Shown: piece after piece, positions 35,998-45,793 of the stretch
How the letters are laid out: each line of letters opens with the position of its first letter
How positions within the stretch are numbered: position 1 is the stretch's first letter
Origin: Pseudomonadota bacterium
GTDB lineage: Bacteria > Pseudomonadota > Alphaproteobacteria > UBA2136 > UBA6156
Assembly: GCA_016125035.1 (NCBI GenBank)
Contig: WGMN01000001.1
Span: 193,526 to 257,525, forward strand
Reading direction: 5' to 3'
DNA: 64,000 nt
Program-made: the position numbers and the translations under genes
Notes under the pieces: model-generated
Database searches by the model: none
What the model was told of the DNA's origin: nothing
Seen by the model: only the letters and a program-made list of their open reading frames with translations

Positions 35998-37191
35998 ATG
36001 TCGCGCGCGTTCCACCCCCCTGCCCCCCCTGCCGAACGGGTGGTGCTGCAAGTGCTGCCCGCCATGGCGGAGGGTGGGGTGGAGCAAAATACGCTGGATA
36101 TGGCGTTGTACCTTAAAGCCCAAGGCTGGCGGCCGGTGGTGGCCAGCAGCGGGGGTGCCAAAGTGGCCCTTTTGGAGGCCGCAGGCATACCCCACGTAAC
36201 CCTGCCGCTGCGCGCCAAGGCGCCGTGGGCCTTGCTGGCCAACGCCTGGCGCCTGCGGAGAGTTATGGCCACTTATAGAGTAGAGCTGGTCCACGCCCGC
36301 AGCAGGGCCCCGGCGTGGAGTGCGTGGGCCGCATGCCGCCTTTGCGGCGTGCCCTTTGTGACCACGTTCCATGGCACCTACGGGTTGGCCGGAGGGTGGC
36401 TGAAGCGTTTTTACAACAGCGTGATGGTGCGGGGGGAGGTGGTGATGGCAAACTCACACTACACAGCCAACCACATCATTGAAAACTATAAGGTTGAGAA
36501 ACGGCGTGTGGTGGCGATACCGCGTGGCGTGGATGTGAGCCTGTTTGACCCGGCGTTGTTTAGCAAGGCGGATGCGCGGGCGGTGCGGGAGGAATTCCAT
36601 ATAGAAGAAGGTGTGCCGCTGCTGGTGATGGTGGGACGGGTGACGCGCTGGAAGGGACAGGACCTGTTGCTGCGCGCCATGGCCAGGTTGAAAACCTTGC
36701 GCTGGCACCTGCTGCTGGTGGGCGGAGTGGAGAAAAAAAGCGGCTATGGTGCCGAAGTTGAACGCCTGTGCGAAGATTTGGGCCTGCGCGAGCGTGTGAC
36801 ATTGGCCGGTAGCCGCACCGATATACCGAGGCTTTTAAACGCCGCTGATTTGGCGCTGAGCTGCTCGGTGTTGCCGGAAGCTTTTGGCCGCGCCAGTGTG
36901 GAGGCGATGGCGATGGGCGTGCCGATGGTGGCCACCGCCCTGGGCGGCAGCCTGGAAACGGTGCTGCCGGGAAAAACCGGGTGGCTGGTAACTGCCGATA
37001 AAAATGGGGATATTACGCCACACGCATTGGCCAAAACCATGAACGAAGCCTTGCGCAACCCGCGCCTGTTGGCAAGGATGGGGAGTGCCGCCAAAGCCCG
37101 GGTTATGGCCCATTTTACCGCACAGCGCTGCTGCGCCGGAGAAATGGCCGTTTACCAGCGGGTATTGGCGCGGAAAAGGCCCAAGACCTAA
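35998..37191 (+). CDS. Glycosyltransferase family 4 (GT-B fold).
   Basis: A C-terminal EX7E-type motif is present: EAFGRASVEAMAMGVPMVAT...GSLETV. Confidence 0.85.
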   Translation: MSRAFHPPAPPAERVVLQVLPAMAEGGVEQNTLDMALYLKAQGWRPVVASSGGAKVALLEAAGIPHVTLPLRAKAPWALLANAWRLRRVMATYRVELVHARSRAPAWSAWAACRLCGVPFVTTFHGTYGLAGGWLKRFYNSVMVRGEVVMANSHYTANHIIENYKVEKRRVVAIPRGVDVSLFDPALFSKADARAVREEFHIEEGVPLLVMVGRVTRWKGQDLLLRAMARLKTLRWHLLLVGGVEKKSGYGAEVERLCEDLGLRERVTLAGSRTDIPRLLNAADLALSCSVLPEAFGRASVEAMAMGVPMVATALGGSLETVLPGKTGWLVTADKNGDITPHALAKTMNEALRNPRLLARMGSAAKARVMAHFTAQRCCAGEMAVYQRVLARKRPKT

Positions 37192-37215
37192 CAAGAGCCA
37201 GAGAGTTGACCGCTG

Positions 37216-37686
37216 ATGAACCGCTGCATGATTGCGATTGATATCCAGAACTATTACCGGCCCGCGCCGGGGATGGTGGCACAGATCAACCAACTTTCCG
37301 CCAACATCCCCACCGTGGCGACCTTGTTCACCCATGATGAGCCCACCGTGCCGCTGGTGAAATTTGGCAAGACCCCGCCGATGGACAGCGTTGTGCTGGT
37401 GAACGCGCAGGCGGTATTCCCCAAGCACGGCTACAGCCTGCCCCCCCAGGCGCTGGAATGGTTGAAAAAGCAGAACCCTGAAGAAGTGCTGGTGGCCGGC
37501 GGCCACACCGACGCCAATGTGCTGGCGGCAGGATTTAGCCTGTTTAACGCCGGCATGCGCCCCGCCATGGTGCCGGTGCTGTGCTACGGCAACGACTGGT
37601 ACATGCACACCGTGACCACGGGCATTTGGGAGCGCGAGATCGGCAAGCTTTATCAGAGCATGGCGGAGTTCCAATTTGGTGCCTAA
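37216..37686 (+). CDS. Isochorismatase-family cysteine hydrolase.
   Basis: It has IAIDIQN (catalytic Asp), LVAGGHTDANVL, and the catalytic Cys in VLCYG. Confidence 0.65.
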   Translation: MNRCMIAIDIQNYYRPAPGMVAQINQLSANIPTVATLFTHDEPTVPLVKFGKTPPMDSVVLVNAQAVFPKHGYSLPPQALEWLKKQNPEEVLVAGGHTDANVLAAGFSLFNAGMRPAMVPVLCYGNDWYMHTVTTGIWEREIGKLYQSMAEFQFGA

Positions 37687-38035
37687 GGCCATTTACGCCC
37701 CGTTGCTGCTAACCGCCTTGCTGGCCGGGTGCGGCTGGATGAGCGAAGAAGACCAGTACTATCTGCACCGTGATTTTGAGCGGGCCAAGAGCTTTGACTG
37801 GCAAGGCGCCGCCACCGACATGAGCGGGATTGAGACGGTATGGCCCTCGCCGCGCACCCTGCGTTTGAAGGAAGAGGAACAGGCCTGCCTGCACGGGCAC
37901 GGCGAGAACCGCGTGGTGAGCGAAAACACGGTGAGCGACTATGCGGTGTACCGCCGTTGTGTGTTGGACCCCTACCCCCAAGGTGAGGCCGCGCCGGGGC
38001 AGCGCATGGGCAACCGGCCGTGGCCGCAGAGTTAA
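37676..38035 (+). CDS. Hypothetical lipoprotein.
   Basis: A signal peptide with lipobox LLAGCG is present. There is no recognisable domain. Confidence 0.45.
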   Translation: MVPKAIYAPLLLTALLAGCGWMSEEDQYYLHRDFERAKSFDWQGAATDMSGIETVWPSPRTLRLKEEEQACLHGHGENRVVSENTVSDYAVYRRCVLDPYPQGEAAPGQRMGNRPWPQS

Positions 38036-38108
38036 GCCACCTTTAAAAACCTGAACGGCGCCTGCGTGGCGCCGTTGGTTTATCGAGAGAAGGTTGCGGG
38101 AGAACCGG

Positions 38109-38453
38109 TTAAGGCCGATACACCGCGAGGGTTTCGCCGTCGGCGTTGAGGCGCTCGATCTGCGCGATTTCCGGGTGGGCGCGCCAGAAGGCGTCGAGGG
38201 CGGGCGGGCGCTCCGGTTGGCCGGTGGAAGGAAGGCTTTGAAGCTGCATTTCAACCGGCGAGATATCTTGGTCGCAGAAAGAAAGGCGAAGCTTCACGCT
38301 TGTGAGGCCGGTGCAGGCGAAGCAGGGCACCAGTGCGCCGTGCAAGAGCTCGGCCTGGCTGGGTTTGCGGGGTGGCTGGGACAGGTATTCGCCTACCCCG
38401 AATACGCCAGCGAATACGTCAGCAGATACGGAGTCATCGACAGCTACGATCAT
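38109..38453 (-). CDS. Hypothetical protein (114 aa).
   Basis: The ORF is intact. The N-terminal region is encoded by three tandem ~11-nt repeats (agcgaatacgNN). There is no recognisable family. Confidence 0.3.
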   Translation of the reverse strand: MIVAVDDSVSADVFAGVFGVGEYLSQPPRKPSQAELLHGALVPCFACTGLTSVKLRLSFCDQDISPVEMQLQSLPSTGQPERPPALDAFWRAHPEIAQIERLNADGETLAVYRP

Positions 38454-38690
38454 GAGCTTTCTCTTGCTTATGCGGGACCCGGTTTTGGCGGGTGCCCTGG
38501 TGGAGATTTCGGTGGGGGAAAAGGACAGGTGCTGCGGGGTGAAGATGGGACTCGCCTATTGGCGAATCACACTTACCACGCGGACCTGTTTAAACAACAT
38601 GTTAGGAGTTTGGCGGAAAGCGTGGGGGGTTGGCAAGCAAAAAGTGCCCCTTGTAAGGGGGCACTTTTGTTTTCGTGGGCCTGGCCGGAG

Positions 38691-39098
38691 CTAGGCGTAG
38701 TAGGCGTCGCGGGTGACACCGGCATGGCTAAGAGCCATCTCCACCGCGCAGTCGAAGTTGGTCTGGCCGACGATGATGTGCAGGCCGACATAGCGGCGCG
38801 GAGGCCCCGGGAACTTCGGGGCTTCGGCGTGGCTGAAGTGGCTGTTTGCCTGGGGCTTGACCGTGGTGACCATGCCAGGGAACAGGCGGCTGCAGTAGGT
38901 GCCGGGTTTGCCTTCGCCTTCGATGGCGAGTTGGCCTTCCTTGTTGATGTGGACGGCAAGACCGGCCGGCCAGTCGGCGTGGCTGAGGCGAGCCTCGGGC
39001 CAGAAGACGGCAAGCTCACCTTCAACCACCACGGCGGGTTTGCCGTCATCGGTAAGAGCGAAGGTAAGCGAAGGCAGAGCGGGAGTGGAGTTGGACAT
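38691..39098 (-). CDS. Hypothetical protein (135 aa).
   Basis: The ORF is intact with ordinary codon usage. No family could be assigned from sequence alone. Confidence 0.35.
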   Translation of the reverse strand: MSNSTPALPSLTFALTDDGKPAVVVEGELAVFWPEARLSHADWPAGLAVHINKEGQLAIEGEGKPGTYCSRLFPGMVTTVKPQANSHFSHAEAPKFPGPPRRYVGLHIIVGQTNFDCAVEMALSHAGVTRDAYYA

Positions 39099-39322
39099 TG
39101 GTCTTCAACCTCTCGGGTTTGCAAAGCCGGATGACCCGGCGGGAACGCGTGGTGACGCGGTAAACTGGCGTAAGACCAGCCACAGCCGTAGCTAGGGTGG
39201 TGTTTTGCCGGGATTTGGGATTTTTGGAAAAGTTCGAGGTCTCGCGTGCGGGGTGAAGAAATGTTGGCCTTAGGCCAGCAGGGTCAGACGCAGGGCGAGA
39301 GCGAACTTCATTGAGTTAAAGT

Positions 39323-40309
39323 TTAGGAACGGCGACGCGGTTTGGCAAGGGGTTTTTTGAGGGTTTTGGCGAGGGTGGTTGCGGCGGCTTTGCGGGCTTT
39401 GTCCATGGCGGGGTCTCCGTAGTGGCCGCAAAGCGGGAGCATTTTGAGTTGGCTTTGGGGCAGGGCCGCGTGGAGGGCGTAGGCGGCTTCTGGCGGGCAG
39501 ACCATATCGAGCTCTCCATGCAGGATAATGGCGGGAATGTGGCTGATGGCTTTGGCGTTTTTAAGGATTTGGTCGGGCAGCAGAAAGCACTGATGGGCGT
39601 AGTAGTGGATCTGGACCTGGCAGTTCACCAGCAGGTTGGCTTCCGCGCGGACGGCGGCCAGTGTTTCTGCCCGGTTGGATTGGATTGAACAGGCCAGCCA
39701 CTCAAAATAAAGCCAGGCTTCGGCAAGTTGCTGGGCGCGGCGTTTGTTGGGCCCCATGAGAATGGTGAGTGATTTTTTGGAGATGGTTGAGGGGGTTGCC
39801 CCGGGGACGGCTTTATAGAGCGCGGCGTATTCTTGCGGGAAGAACCGGGCGATGCCATCGGGTTTGGTGAACCACTCGATCTCATGCGTTGTGCCAAGGT
39901 AGATGGCGTTGAGAATAAGCCCCAACACCGCCTGGGGGTGCGCCTGGGCGTAAACCAGGGCCAAGGTTACCCCCCATGAGGCGCCGGTGACCACCCATTG
40001 CGCGATTTTAAGGTGGACGCGGATGCGCTCGATATCCGCCACCAGATGCTGGGTGGTGTTGGCGGTGAGGAGGCCTTTTTTGGCGGTGGATTTGCCGCAG
40101 CCGCGTTGGTCGAACGCAATGATACGGTAGGTTTTGAGCGGGAAGCGTTTGTGGAAGGAGCCGGACATGCCGCCGCCGGGGCCGCCGTGGAGCACCACCA
40201 CGGGGAGGCCTTTGGGGTTGCCGTGTTCCTCGATATAGAGTGTGTGGCCCTGGCCGACGGGCAGGGTGTGGGTGGCGAAGGGTTTGGGGGGTTGGATGGG
40301 GCGCTTCAT
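39323..40309 (-). CDS. pip: Proline iminopeptidase (prolyl aminopeptidase, S33 family).
   Basis: It has the PVVVLHGGPGGG motif and the GASWGVTLAL nucleophile elbow. The C-terminal tail is basic. Confidence 0.85.
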   Translation of the reverse strand: MKRPIQPPKPFATHTLPVGQGHTLYIEEHGNPKGLPVVVLHGGPGGGMSGSFHKRFPLKTYRIIAFDQRGCGKSTAKKGLLTANTTQHLVADIERIRVHLKIAQWVVTGASWGVTLALVYAQAHPQAVLGLILNAIYLGTTHEIEWFTKPDGIARFFPQEYAALYKAVPGATPSTISKKSLTILMGPNKRRAQQLAEAWLYFEWLACSIQSNRAETLAAVRAEANLLVNCQVQIHYYAHQCFLLPDQILKNAKAISHIPAIILHGELDMVCPPEAAYALHAALPQSQLKMLPLCGHYGDPAMDKARKAAATTLAKTLKKPLAKPRRRS

Positions 40310-40407
40310 GAACCAAACCATAGCAGATTTTGCAAGGTTGTTGGCAAATGTGGGGTGTATGCGCTAGGTTGGCGGCTGATTTAGCCAACAAACAAGGAGT
40401 TTTCCCC

Positions 40408-42432
40408 ATGCCACGCATCACGCTTCCCGACGGTTCGGTGAAGGAGTTTGCGGGAACCACGACCGGGGCGGAAGTGGCGGCGAGCATTGGCGCGGGCCTG
40501 GCCAAGGCCGCTGTGGCGGTGGAAGTGGATGGCAAGGCGCAGGATTTGAGTGAGCAGATTACCAAGGATGTTTCCTTAAAGATCGCCACCGCCAAGGATG
40601 CTTTGGGGTTGGACACCATGCGCCACACGCTGGTGGCGCAGGTGCTGGCGCTGGCGGTGAAGGAGATGTACCCCGGCGCCAAGCTGGCGATTGGGCCGAC
40701 GGTGGACAACGGTGCTTATTATGATGTGGAGTTTGCGGCGCCGCTCTCTGCCGACGACTTGCCGAAGATTGAAGCGCGGATGCGGGAGATTATCAAGAGC
40801 GGGCGCAAGGTGGAGCGGATGCTGTGGACACCCAAGGCATTAAAGCGTCACTTTGAGCAGGTGGGGGAGCCCTACAAGGTTCAACTTGTGGAAGAGATCG
40901 AGGCCAAGGGCCAACTGGTGGATGGCAAGGCCGTCAGCGCCTATGTGCAGCGCGGCAGCAAGGCTTTTGATGTGAAGAACGGCGCGGTGGATGGCGATTT
41001 TGTGGATTTGTGCCGAGGGCCGCATGTGCCGGATTTGGGCAAGCTGACGCTGGCGTTTAAGGTGACGAACATTGCCGGGGCGTATTGGAAGGGCGATGCC
41101 GCCAACCAGCAGCTGACGCGGATTTATGTGGTGGCGTTTGCCACGCCCAAGGAGCTGGATGCGTATTTGGTGATGCGTGAGGAGGCCGAGAAGCGCGACC
41201 ACCGCAAGATTGGCCCGGCGCTGGATTTATTTCACTTCCAGGAAGAAGCGGCGGGGCAGGCTTTTTGGCACCCCGCAGGGTGGACGATTTTTACCGAATT
41301 AAGCGATTACATTCGCCGCAAGTTGGAAAGAGGCGGCTATGTGGAGGTGAATACGCCCAAGCTGGTGGATAAGATCCTTTACGAAAAAAGCGGGCACTGG
41401 GCCAACTATTTTGAAGACCTGTTTTTGGTGAAAGAAGAGACCGAAGGCAAGGTAACCAGCGTGCAAAGCCTGAAGCCGATGAACTGCCCCTGCCATGTCC
41501 AGATTTTTAATGTGGGCACCAAGAGCTACCGTGATTTGCCACTGCGCATGGCCGAGTTTGGCAGCTGCATGCGCAACGAGAGCCACGGTGCGTTGCATGG
41601 CCTGATGCGCGTGCGCGCGTTTACGCAGGATGACGCACATATCTTTTGCACGCCGGACCAGATTATGGCCGAGAGTGCGCGCTTTTGCGACCTGCTGCGC
41701 GAGGTTTATGCCGACCTGGGCTTTACCGATTATTTTGTGAAGCTTTCCACCCGACCGGACAAGCGCATTGGCAGCGACGAGATTTGGGATAAATCGGAAG
41801 CCGCCCTGGCCGAAGCCTGCAAGAACGTGGGGCTGGAGTGGAAAATAAACCCCGGCGAAGGTGCTTTTTATGGACCGAAACTGGAATTTACCCTGCGTGA
41901 CAGCATTGGCCGCGAATGGCAGTGCGGCACCTTGCAGGTGGACTTTAACACCCCCAACCGCCTGGATGCCACCTACACCGCCGAAGACGGCAGCAAGCAG
42001 CACCCGGTGATGCTGCACCGCGCGGTGTTGGGAAGCTTTGAGCGCTTTATCGGCATTATGATCGAAGACGTGGAGGGGAAATTTCCGGTTTGGCTTTCTC
42101 CTACCCAGGTGGTGGTGGTCCCCATTGCCGAGGGGCAGGAGGAGTATGCGCGCAAGGTGGAAGATGCGTTGCGCAACAGCGGCATTAAAACCGCCACCGG
42201 CGGGTTGCGAGTGGAGGTGGATGCGAGCAATGAGCGCATGCAGAAGAAAATTCTCTTCGCGCAGCAGCGCAAGGTGCCCTACATGCTGGTGGTGGGAAAG
42301 AAGGAGGCCGAGGAAGGCACCGTGGCCGTGCGTTTGCGGGACGGCACCGACCTGGGCGCCAAGCCAATTGACTGGTTGATTGAGCGCATGGGACGCGAAG
42401 TGGCCAGCCGCAAGGACGAGGCCGCCGCCTGA
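40408..42432 (+). CDS. thrS: Threonine--tRNA ligase.
   Basis: The N-terminus is MPRITLPDGSVKEF (TGS domain). It has class II aaRS motifs and an anticodon-binding domain. An SD, aaggag, lies 9 nt upstream. Confidence 0.95.
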   Translation: MPRITLPDGSVKEFAGTTTGAEVAASIGAGLAKAAVAVEVDGKAQDLSEQITKDVSLKIATAKDALGLDTMRHTLVAQVLALAVKEMYPGAKLAIGPTVDNGAYYDVEFAAPLSADDLPKIEARMREIIKSGRKVERMLWTPKALKRHFEQVGEPYKVQLVEEIEAKGQLVDGKAVSAYVQRGSKAFDVKNGAVDGDFVDLCRGPHVPDLGKLTLAFKVTNIAGAYWKGDAANQQLTRIYVVAFATPKELDAYLVMREEAEKRDHRKIGPALDLFHFQEEAAGQAFWHPAGWTIFTELSDYIRRKLERGGYVEVNTPKLVDKILYEKSGHWANYFEDLFLVKEETEGKVTSVQSLKPMNCPCHVQIFNVGTKSYRDLPLRMAEFGSCMRNESHGALHGLMRVRAFTQDDAHIFCTPDQIMAESARFCDLLREVYADLGFTDYFVKLSTRPDKRIGSDEIWDKSEAALAEACKNVGLEWKINPGEGAFYGPKLEFTLRDSIGREWQCGTLQVDFNTPNRLDATYTAEDGSKQHPVMLHRAVLGSFERFIGIMIEDVEGKFPVWLSPTQVVVVPIAEGQEEYARKVEDALRNSGIKTATGGLRVEVDASNERMQKKILFAQQRKVPYMLVVGKKEAEEGTVAVRLRDGTDLGAKPIDWLIERMGREVASRKDEAAA

Positions 42433-42470
42433 ACTTAAGCCTAACCCGCAAGGACTGGGCCGCCGTTGCC

Positions 42471-43526
42471 GTGACGCTGGCGGCCCTTTGTTATGTTCTG
42501 GCCAAGCCGATTTGGGATTGGGATGTTATTGGTTATCTGGCGCTGGCCAAGCACCTGCTGGGGCATGATTGGGTGAGCACGCACCAGTGGGTTTATGGGT
42601 TGGTGGACCAGCTGCCCGAAGCCTGGCGCACCGACCTGCTGGGGCGTGAGGACTTCCGCCGTGTGGTGGCGCATGACCCTGAGGCGTTGCGTCAGGTAAG
42701 TGCTTTTTATGCCGAGCGGGTGGGGTATTACGGGTTACTGGCGATGTTGATTGCGCTGAAGGTGCCAGGCTTGGTGGCCGTGCGGGTGCTAAGTGTGCTG
42801 GCGTTGCTGCTGGTGGCCAGCGGCAGTTGGCTGTGGTTGAAGAAGATATGCGGCACTGCCGGTTGGCGCGGCTGGTTGGCGGTGTTTTTGCTGGCGGTGG
42901 TGCTGGCCTTCCCCAGTGTGATGAAAGTGCTGCGCTGGAGCAACCCCGACGGGTTGGTGGCCGGGTGCTACCTGCTGGGGGTCTATGCCTACCTGCGTGG
43001 ACGGGAACAAGGCTGGCTGGCGGCGTGGCTGGCGATGGTGGTGCTGCGCCCCAACACCGCCCTGTGGCTGGCACCGTTGGCACTTTATGAGATTGCCACG
43101 CAGCGCTGGCAGCGCGGGTGGGTGCTGGGGTGCATTGGTGCGCTGGCGGTAACGTTGCATAATATCTTCCCCGCTTATGGGGCCATGGTGGGCTGGCACC
43201 ACACCTTTGTGGGGGCCTTTGCCTACCCGGAGAGTTTGCGTTTGCCGTTCAGCTGGGATTTTTACCGCATGTGGTTGGGCGAAAAAATGCTGGGGCTGCA
43301 TGGGCGGGACCTGCTGCTTTTTATGCTGATGTGGGCGAGTTTGGGGGTGGTGGGATGGAAAGGAAATGTGCGCATGAGCTGGGTGGCGGCGGCGTTGGCA
43401 GGTGGGGTTTTGGTGCAGGTATTGGTGTTCCCCGGGTTTTGGGAAAGGCTTTATGTGGGGCCGGTTTTAACCCTGCTTTTGCTCGCCGCCTCTTGCGTGA
43501 GAGGGGTGACTTGGGCTAAAGCCTAG
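42471..43526 (+). CDS. Polytopic integral membrane protein of unknown function (351 aa), inserted between thrS and infC.
   Basis: It has 9-11 predicted TM helices and is rich in W, L and G. A GTG start lies 38 nt after the thrS stop. A GT-C or Wzy_C-like fold is possible but unproven. Confidence 0.55.
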   Translation: MTLAALCYVLAKPIWDWDVIGYLALAKHLLGHDWVSTHQWVYGLVDQLPEAWRTDLLGREDFRRVVAHDPEALRQVSAFYAERVGYYGLLAMLIALKVPGLVAVRVLSVLALLLVASGSWLWLKKICGTAGWRGWLAVFLLAVVLAFPSVMKVLRWSNPDGLVAGCYLLGVYAYLRGREQGWLAAWLAMVVLRPNTALWLAPLALYEIATQRWQRGWVLGCIGALAVTLHNIFPAYGAMVGWHHTFVGAFAYPESLRLPFSWDFYRMWLGEKMLGLHGRDLLLFMLMWASLGVVGWKGNVRMSWVAAALAGGVLVQVLVFPGFWERLYVGPVLTLLLLAASCVRGVTWAKA

Positions 43527-43701
43527 AAAGCCATTTGTAAATTCTACTAGCCAGGGCTGCAAATGGGCTTTGTCTGCGCTTCCGCTGCTCATGGACAAAA
43601 ACGTCCACTGCGCTGCGGTTCTCGTCAAATCCCATTTTCGCCGCTGCCTAGCGAATTATACAAAAGACTTTCTGAACCATAGACATAAGGAGTGAGCAAC
43701 C

Positions 43702-44274
43702 ATCGGACGATTTAAGGGAACCCCGGACCGTAACCGGCAATACGAACACCGCATTAACAATGACATCCGCGTGCCGAGCGTGCGTGTGATCGGGCCGGAA
43801 GGCGAAAATTTTGGGGTGATGAGCAGCCGCGACGCGTATTTTAAGGCCCAGCAGTTGGGCTTTGACCTGGTTGAAATTTCCCCCAATGCGACGCCGCCGG
43901 TTTGCAAGATTTTGGACTACGGCAAGTTCCGCTTCCAGGAGGCCAAGAAAAAAGCAGAGGCCAAGAAGCACCAGCACATTGTGGAAGTGAAGGAAATGGT
44001 GTTCCGCCCCGGCACGGAAGAGCACGACTACCAGATTAAGCTGCGCAAGATCAAAGAGTTCCTTGCCGACGGCAACAAGGCCAAGATCAACCTGCGCTTC
44101 CGCGGCCGCGAGACCACCCACCAGGAGATTGGCCAGACGATGCTGGACCGCATTGTGGCCGACACCGCCGACTTTGCGAAGGTGGACTTTAGAAGTGGGC
44201 TGGAAGGGCGGTTTATGACGCTGGTTTTGAGCCCGGAGAAGAAAAAGAGCAAGGCGGCAGAAGCCACCGCCTAA
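43702..44274 (+). CDS. infC: Translation initiation factor IF-3, probably initiating at a non-AUG (AUC) codon.
   Basis: The conserved N-terminal segment RINNDIRVPSVRVIGPEGE... continues upstream of the first ATG/GTG. An in-frame ATC at 43702 lies 10 nt downstream of a strong SD, aaggag. IF3 genes classically use AUU/AUC starts for autoregulation. Confidence 0.8.
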   Translation: MGRFKGTPDRNRQYEHRINNDIRVPSVRVIGPEGENFGVMSSRDAYFKAQQLGFDLVEISPNATPPVCKILDYGKFRFQEAKKKAEAKKHQHIVEVKEMVFRPGTEEHDYQIKLRKIKEFLADGNKAKINLRFRGRETTHQEIGQTMLDRIVADTADFAKVDFRSGLEGRFMTLVLSPEKKKSKAAEATA

Positions 44275-44285
44275 GAGATTGAAAA

Positions 44286-44307
44286 GCGGCCGCAAGGCCG
44301 CTTTTTA
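44286..44307. terminator. Bidirectional rho-independent terminator for infC (+) and the convergent SBP gene (-).
   Basis: A hairpin gcggcc-gcaa-ggccgc is followed by TTTTTA. The SBP stop codon lies in the T-tract. Confidence 0.7.
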
Positions 44308-45774
44308 TGGGCGGCGGCAGGTGAGCAGGCCGGTGTAAGCGCCGGACGGCGGAACGCTGCAACCGGTGACATTGGGCTGCGAAACCAGGGTGTGGGCGCG
44401 GCGATAAAGCGGCAAATAAGGGCGAATATCGGCAAGAAGATGCTGCAGGTGCAGCGTGGTTTCGATCTGCGCCTGCGGCGTGGGGCTGGTGAGAATTTGG
44501 CTGGTGAGGGCATCCACGGTGGTGTTTTTAAAGCGGCCGCGGTTAAAGCCCACCGGCGGCACCTGCGTGCTGTTGAACACGCTGTGGTAGAAGGCGGGTT
44601 GCTGCTCGCCGGTCCAGGTGAGCAGGACCATATCGAACTGGCCTTTTTTGACTGCGTCGTAGAACGAGGCCCATTCAGTGGGGCGCAGGCGCACGGCGAT
44701 GCCCACCGCCTCCAGCTGCTGGCGGATGGCCTGGGAGAGGCGCTGGATGAAACCATCGGTGCTGGTGAGCAGGGTGAGGGTGAAGCGCGAGCCGTCCGGC
44801 CCTTGCATCAGGTAGGCCTCATCGAGCAGGCCTTCGGCGGTGAAGGGGTCGGTGGGTTCCTCTGGCGCTTCCCACGCTGCCGGGTGGCCGGGCGGCAGCA
44901 GGCTGCCCGCCGGGGCGGCCAGCCCGGCCAGCAGATAGCGGCGCAGCTGCGGCCGGTTAAGCGCCAGGGCGATAGCCTGGCGCACCGCCGGGTTGGAGAG
45001 GTAGCGGTTGTTAAAATTAAAACCCAGGTAGGTGTAGGAGGTGCCGGGCGTGGCGGTGGCGGCATAGCCATGGGATTTGGCCCAGGTGAAGAGTTCTGGC
45101 GTGAGGTCATCGAGCACCACATCCACCTCGCCCTTCTTCAGCTTGAGCATGCGGGTGGTGGCATCTGGCACGTAAAGGAACTCCAGCGCCGGCGGCAGGC
45201 CGGGCTGGCGGGTGGTGAGGGTGACGTTGCCCAGGGCGTCGAGCTGTTGCAGCTGGTAGGGGCCCGCGCCGTGGCCGGGCGCGGCGGGGTCGGCCAGGGG
45301 AATATCCACCAGTGTGGCGAGGAAGGTAAGCGTGGGCTGGGGCAGCGTGAAGGTGAGGGTTTGCGGTGTGGGGGAGGTGATGGTGACGCCTTTGAGCGGG
45401 GTGGCCAGCGGGCTGCGCGGGTTGGCTTGCAGTTGCTCTAGCCACAGTTTGATGCTGCCGGCGGTGACCGGGCGGCCGTTGGTATAAGGCAGGCCCGGAC
45501 GCAGCGTGCACTGCACGGTGGTGGGGGCTGGTTGCGTGCAGCCCTGGGCGACACGGCCCACCGGCTGGTAGCCGGGGCCCCATTCCAGCAGCGCAGGGTG
45601 GGTGAGTTGCAGCAGGCGGGCGGCGGCGGCATCGGTGGCCAGGGAAGGGCTGAGCGTTTTGGGGGCATAAGCCACCGCGATGCGCAGCGGCGCGGCAGGC
45701 TGTGCTGCATTGGCCACGGCCACCACGATAAAGCTGGTGAGGATACAGGCGATGAGCTTGATGCGCGTAAACAT
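44305..45774 (-). CDS. ABC transporter substrate-binding protein, family 5 (peptide/nickel/opine type). It is an orphan, with no adjacent permease or ATPase.
   Basis: A signal peptide MFTRIKLIACILTSFIVVAVANA is followed by the SBP_bac_5 pattern. The internal start was chosen for the signal peptide. Confidence 0.75.
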   Translation of the reverse strand: MFTRIKLIACILTSFIVVAVANAAQPAAPLRIAVAYAPKTLSPSLATDAAAARLLQLTHPALLEWGPGYQPVGRVAQGCTQPAPTTVQCTLRPGLPYTNGRPVTAGSIKLWLEQLQANPRSPLATPLKGVTITSPTPQTLTFTLPQPTLTFLATLVDIPLADPAAPGHGAGPYQLQQLDALGNVTLTTRQPGLPPALEFLYVPDATTRMLKLKKGEVDVVLDDLTPELFTWAKSHGYAATATPGTSYTYLGFNFNNRYLSNPAVRQAIALALNRPQLRRYLLAGLAAPAGSLLPPGHPAAWEAPEEPTDPFTAEGLLDEAYLMQGPDGSRFTLTLLTSTDGFIQRLSQAIRQQLEAVGIAVRLRPTEWASFYDAVKKGQFDMVLLTWTGEQQPAFYHSVFNSTQVPPVGFNRGRFKNTTVDALTSQILTSPTPQAQIETTLHLQHLLADIRPYLPLYRRAHTLVSQPNVTGCSVPPSGAYTGLLTCRRP

Positions 45775-45793
45775 GGCCCGCATGATACCCCAG

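Noticed and set aside
38109-39098. A single frameshifted gene spanning the 114-aa and 135-aa ORFs, which share the same frame.
   Set aside because: Two in-frame stop codons (at 38691-38693 and 38556-38558) and 237 nt separate them. They are separate genes, or the region is non-coding.
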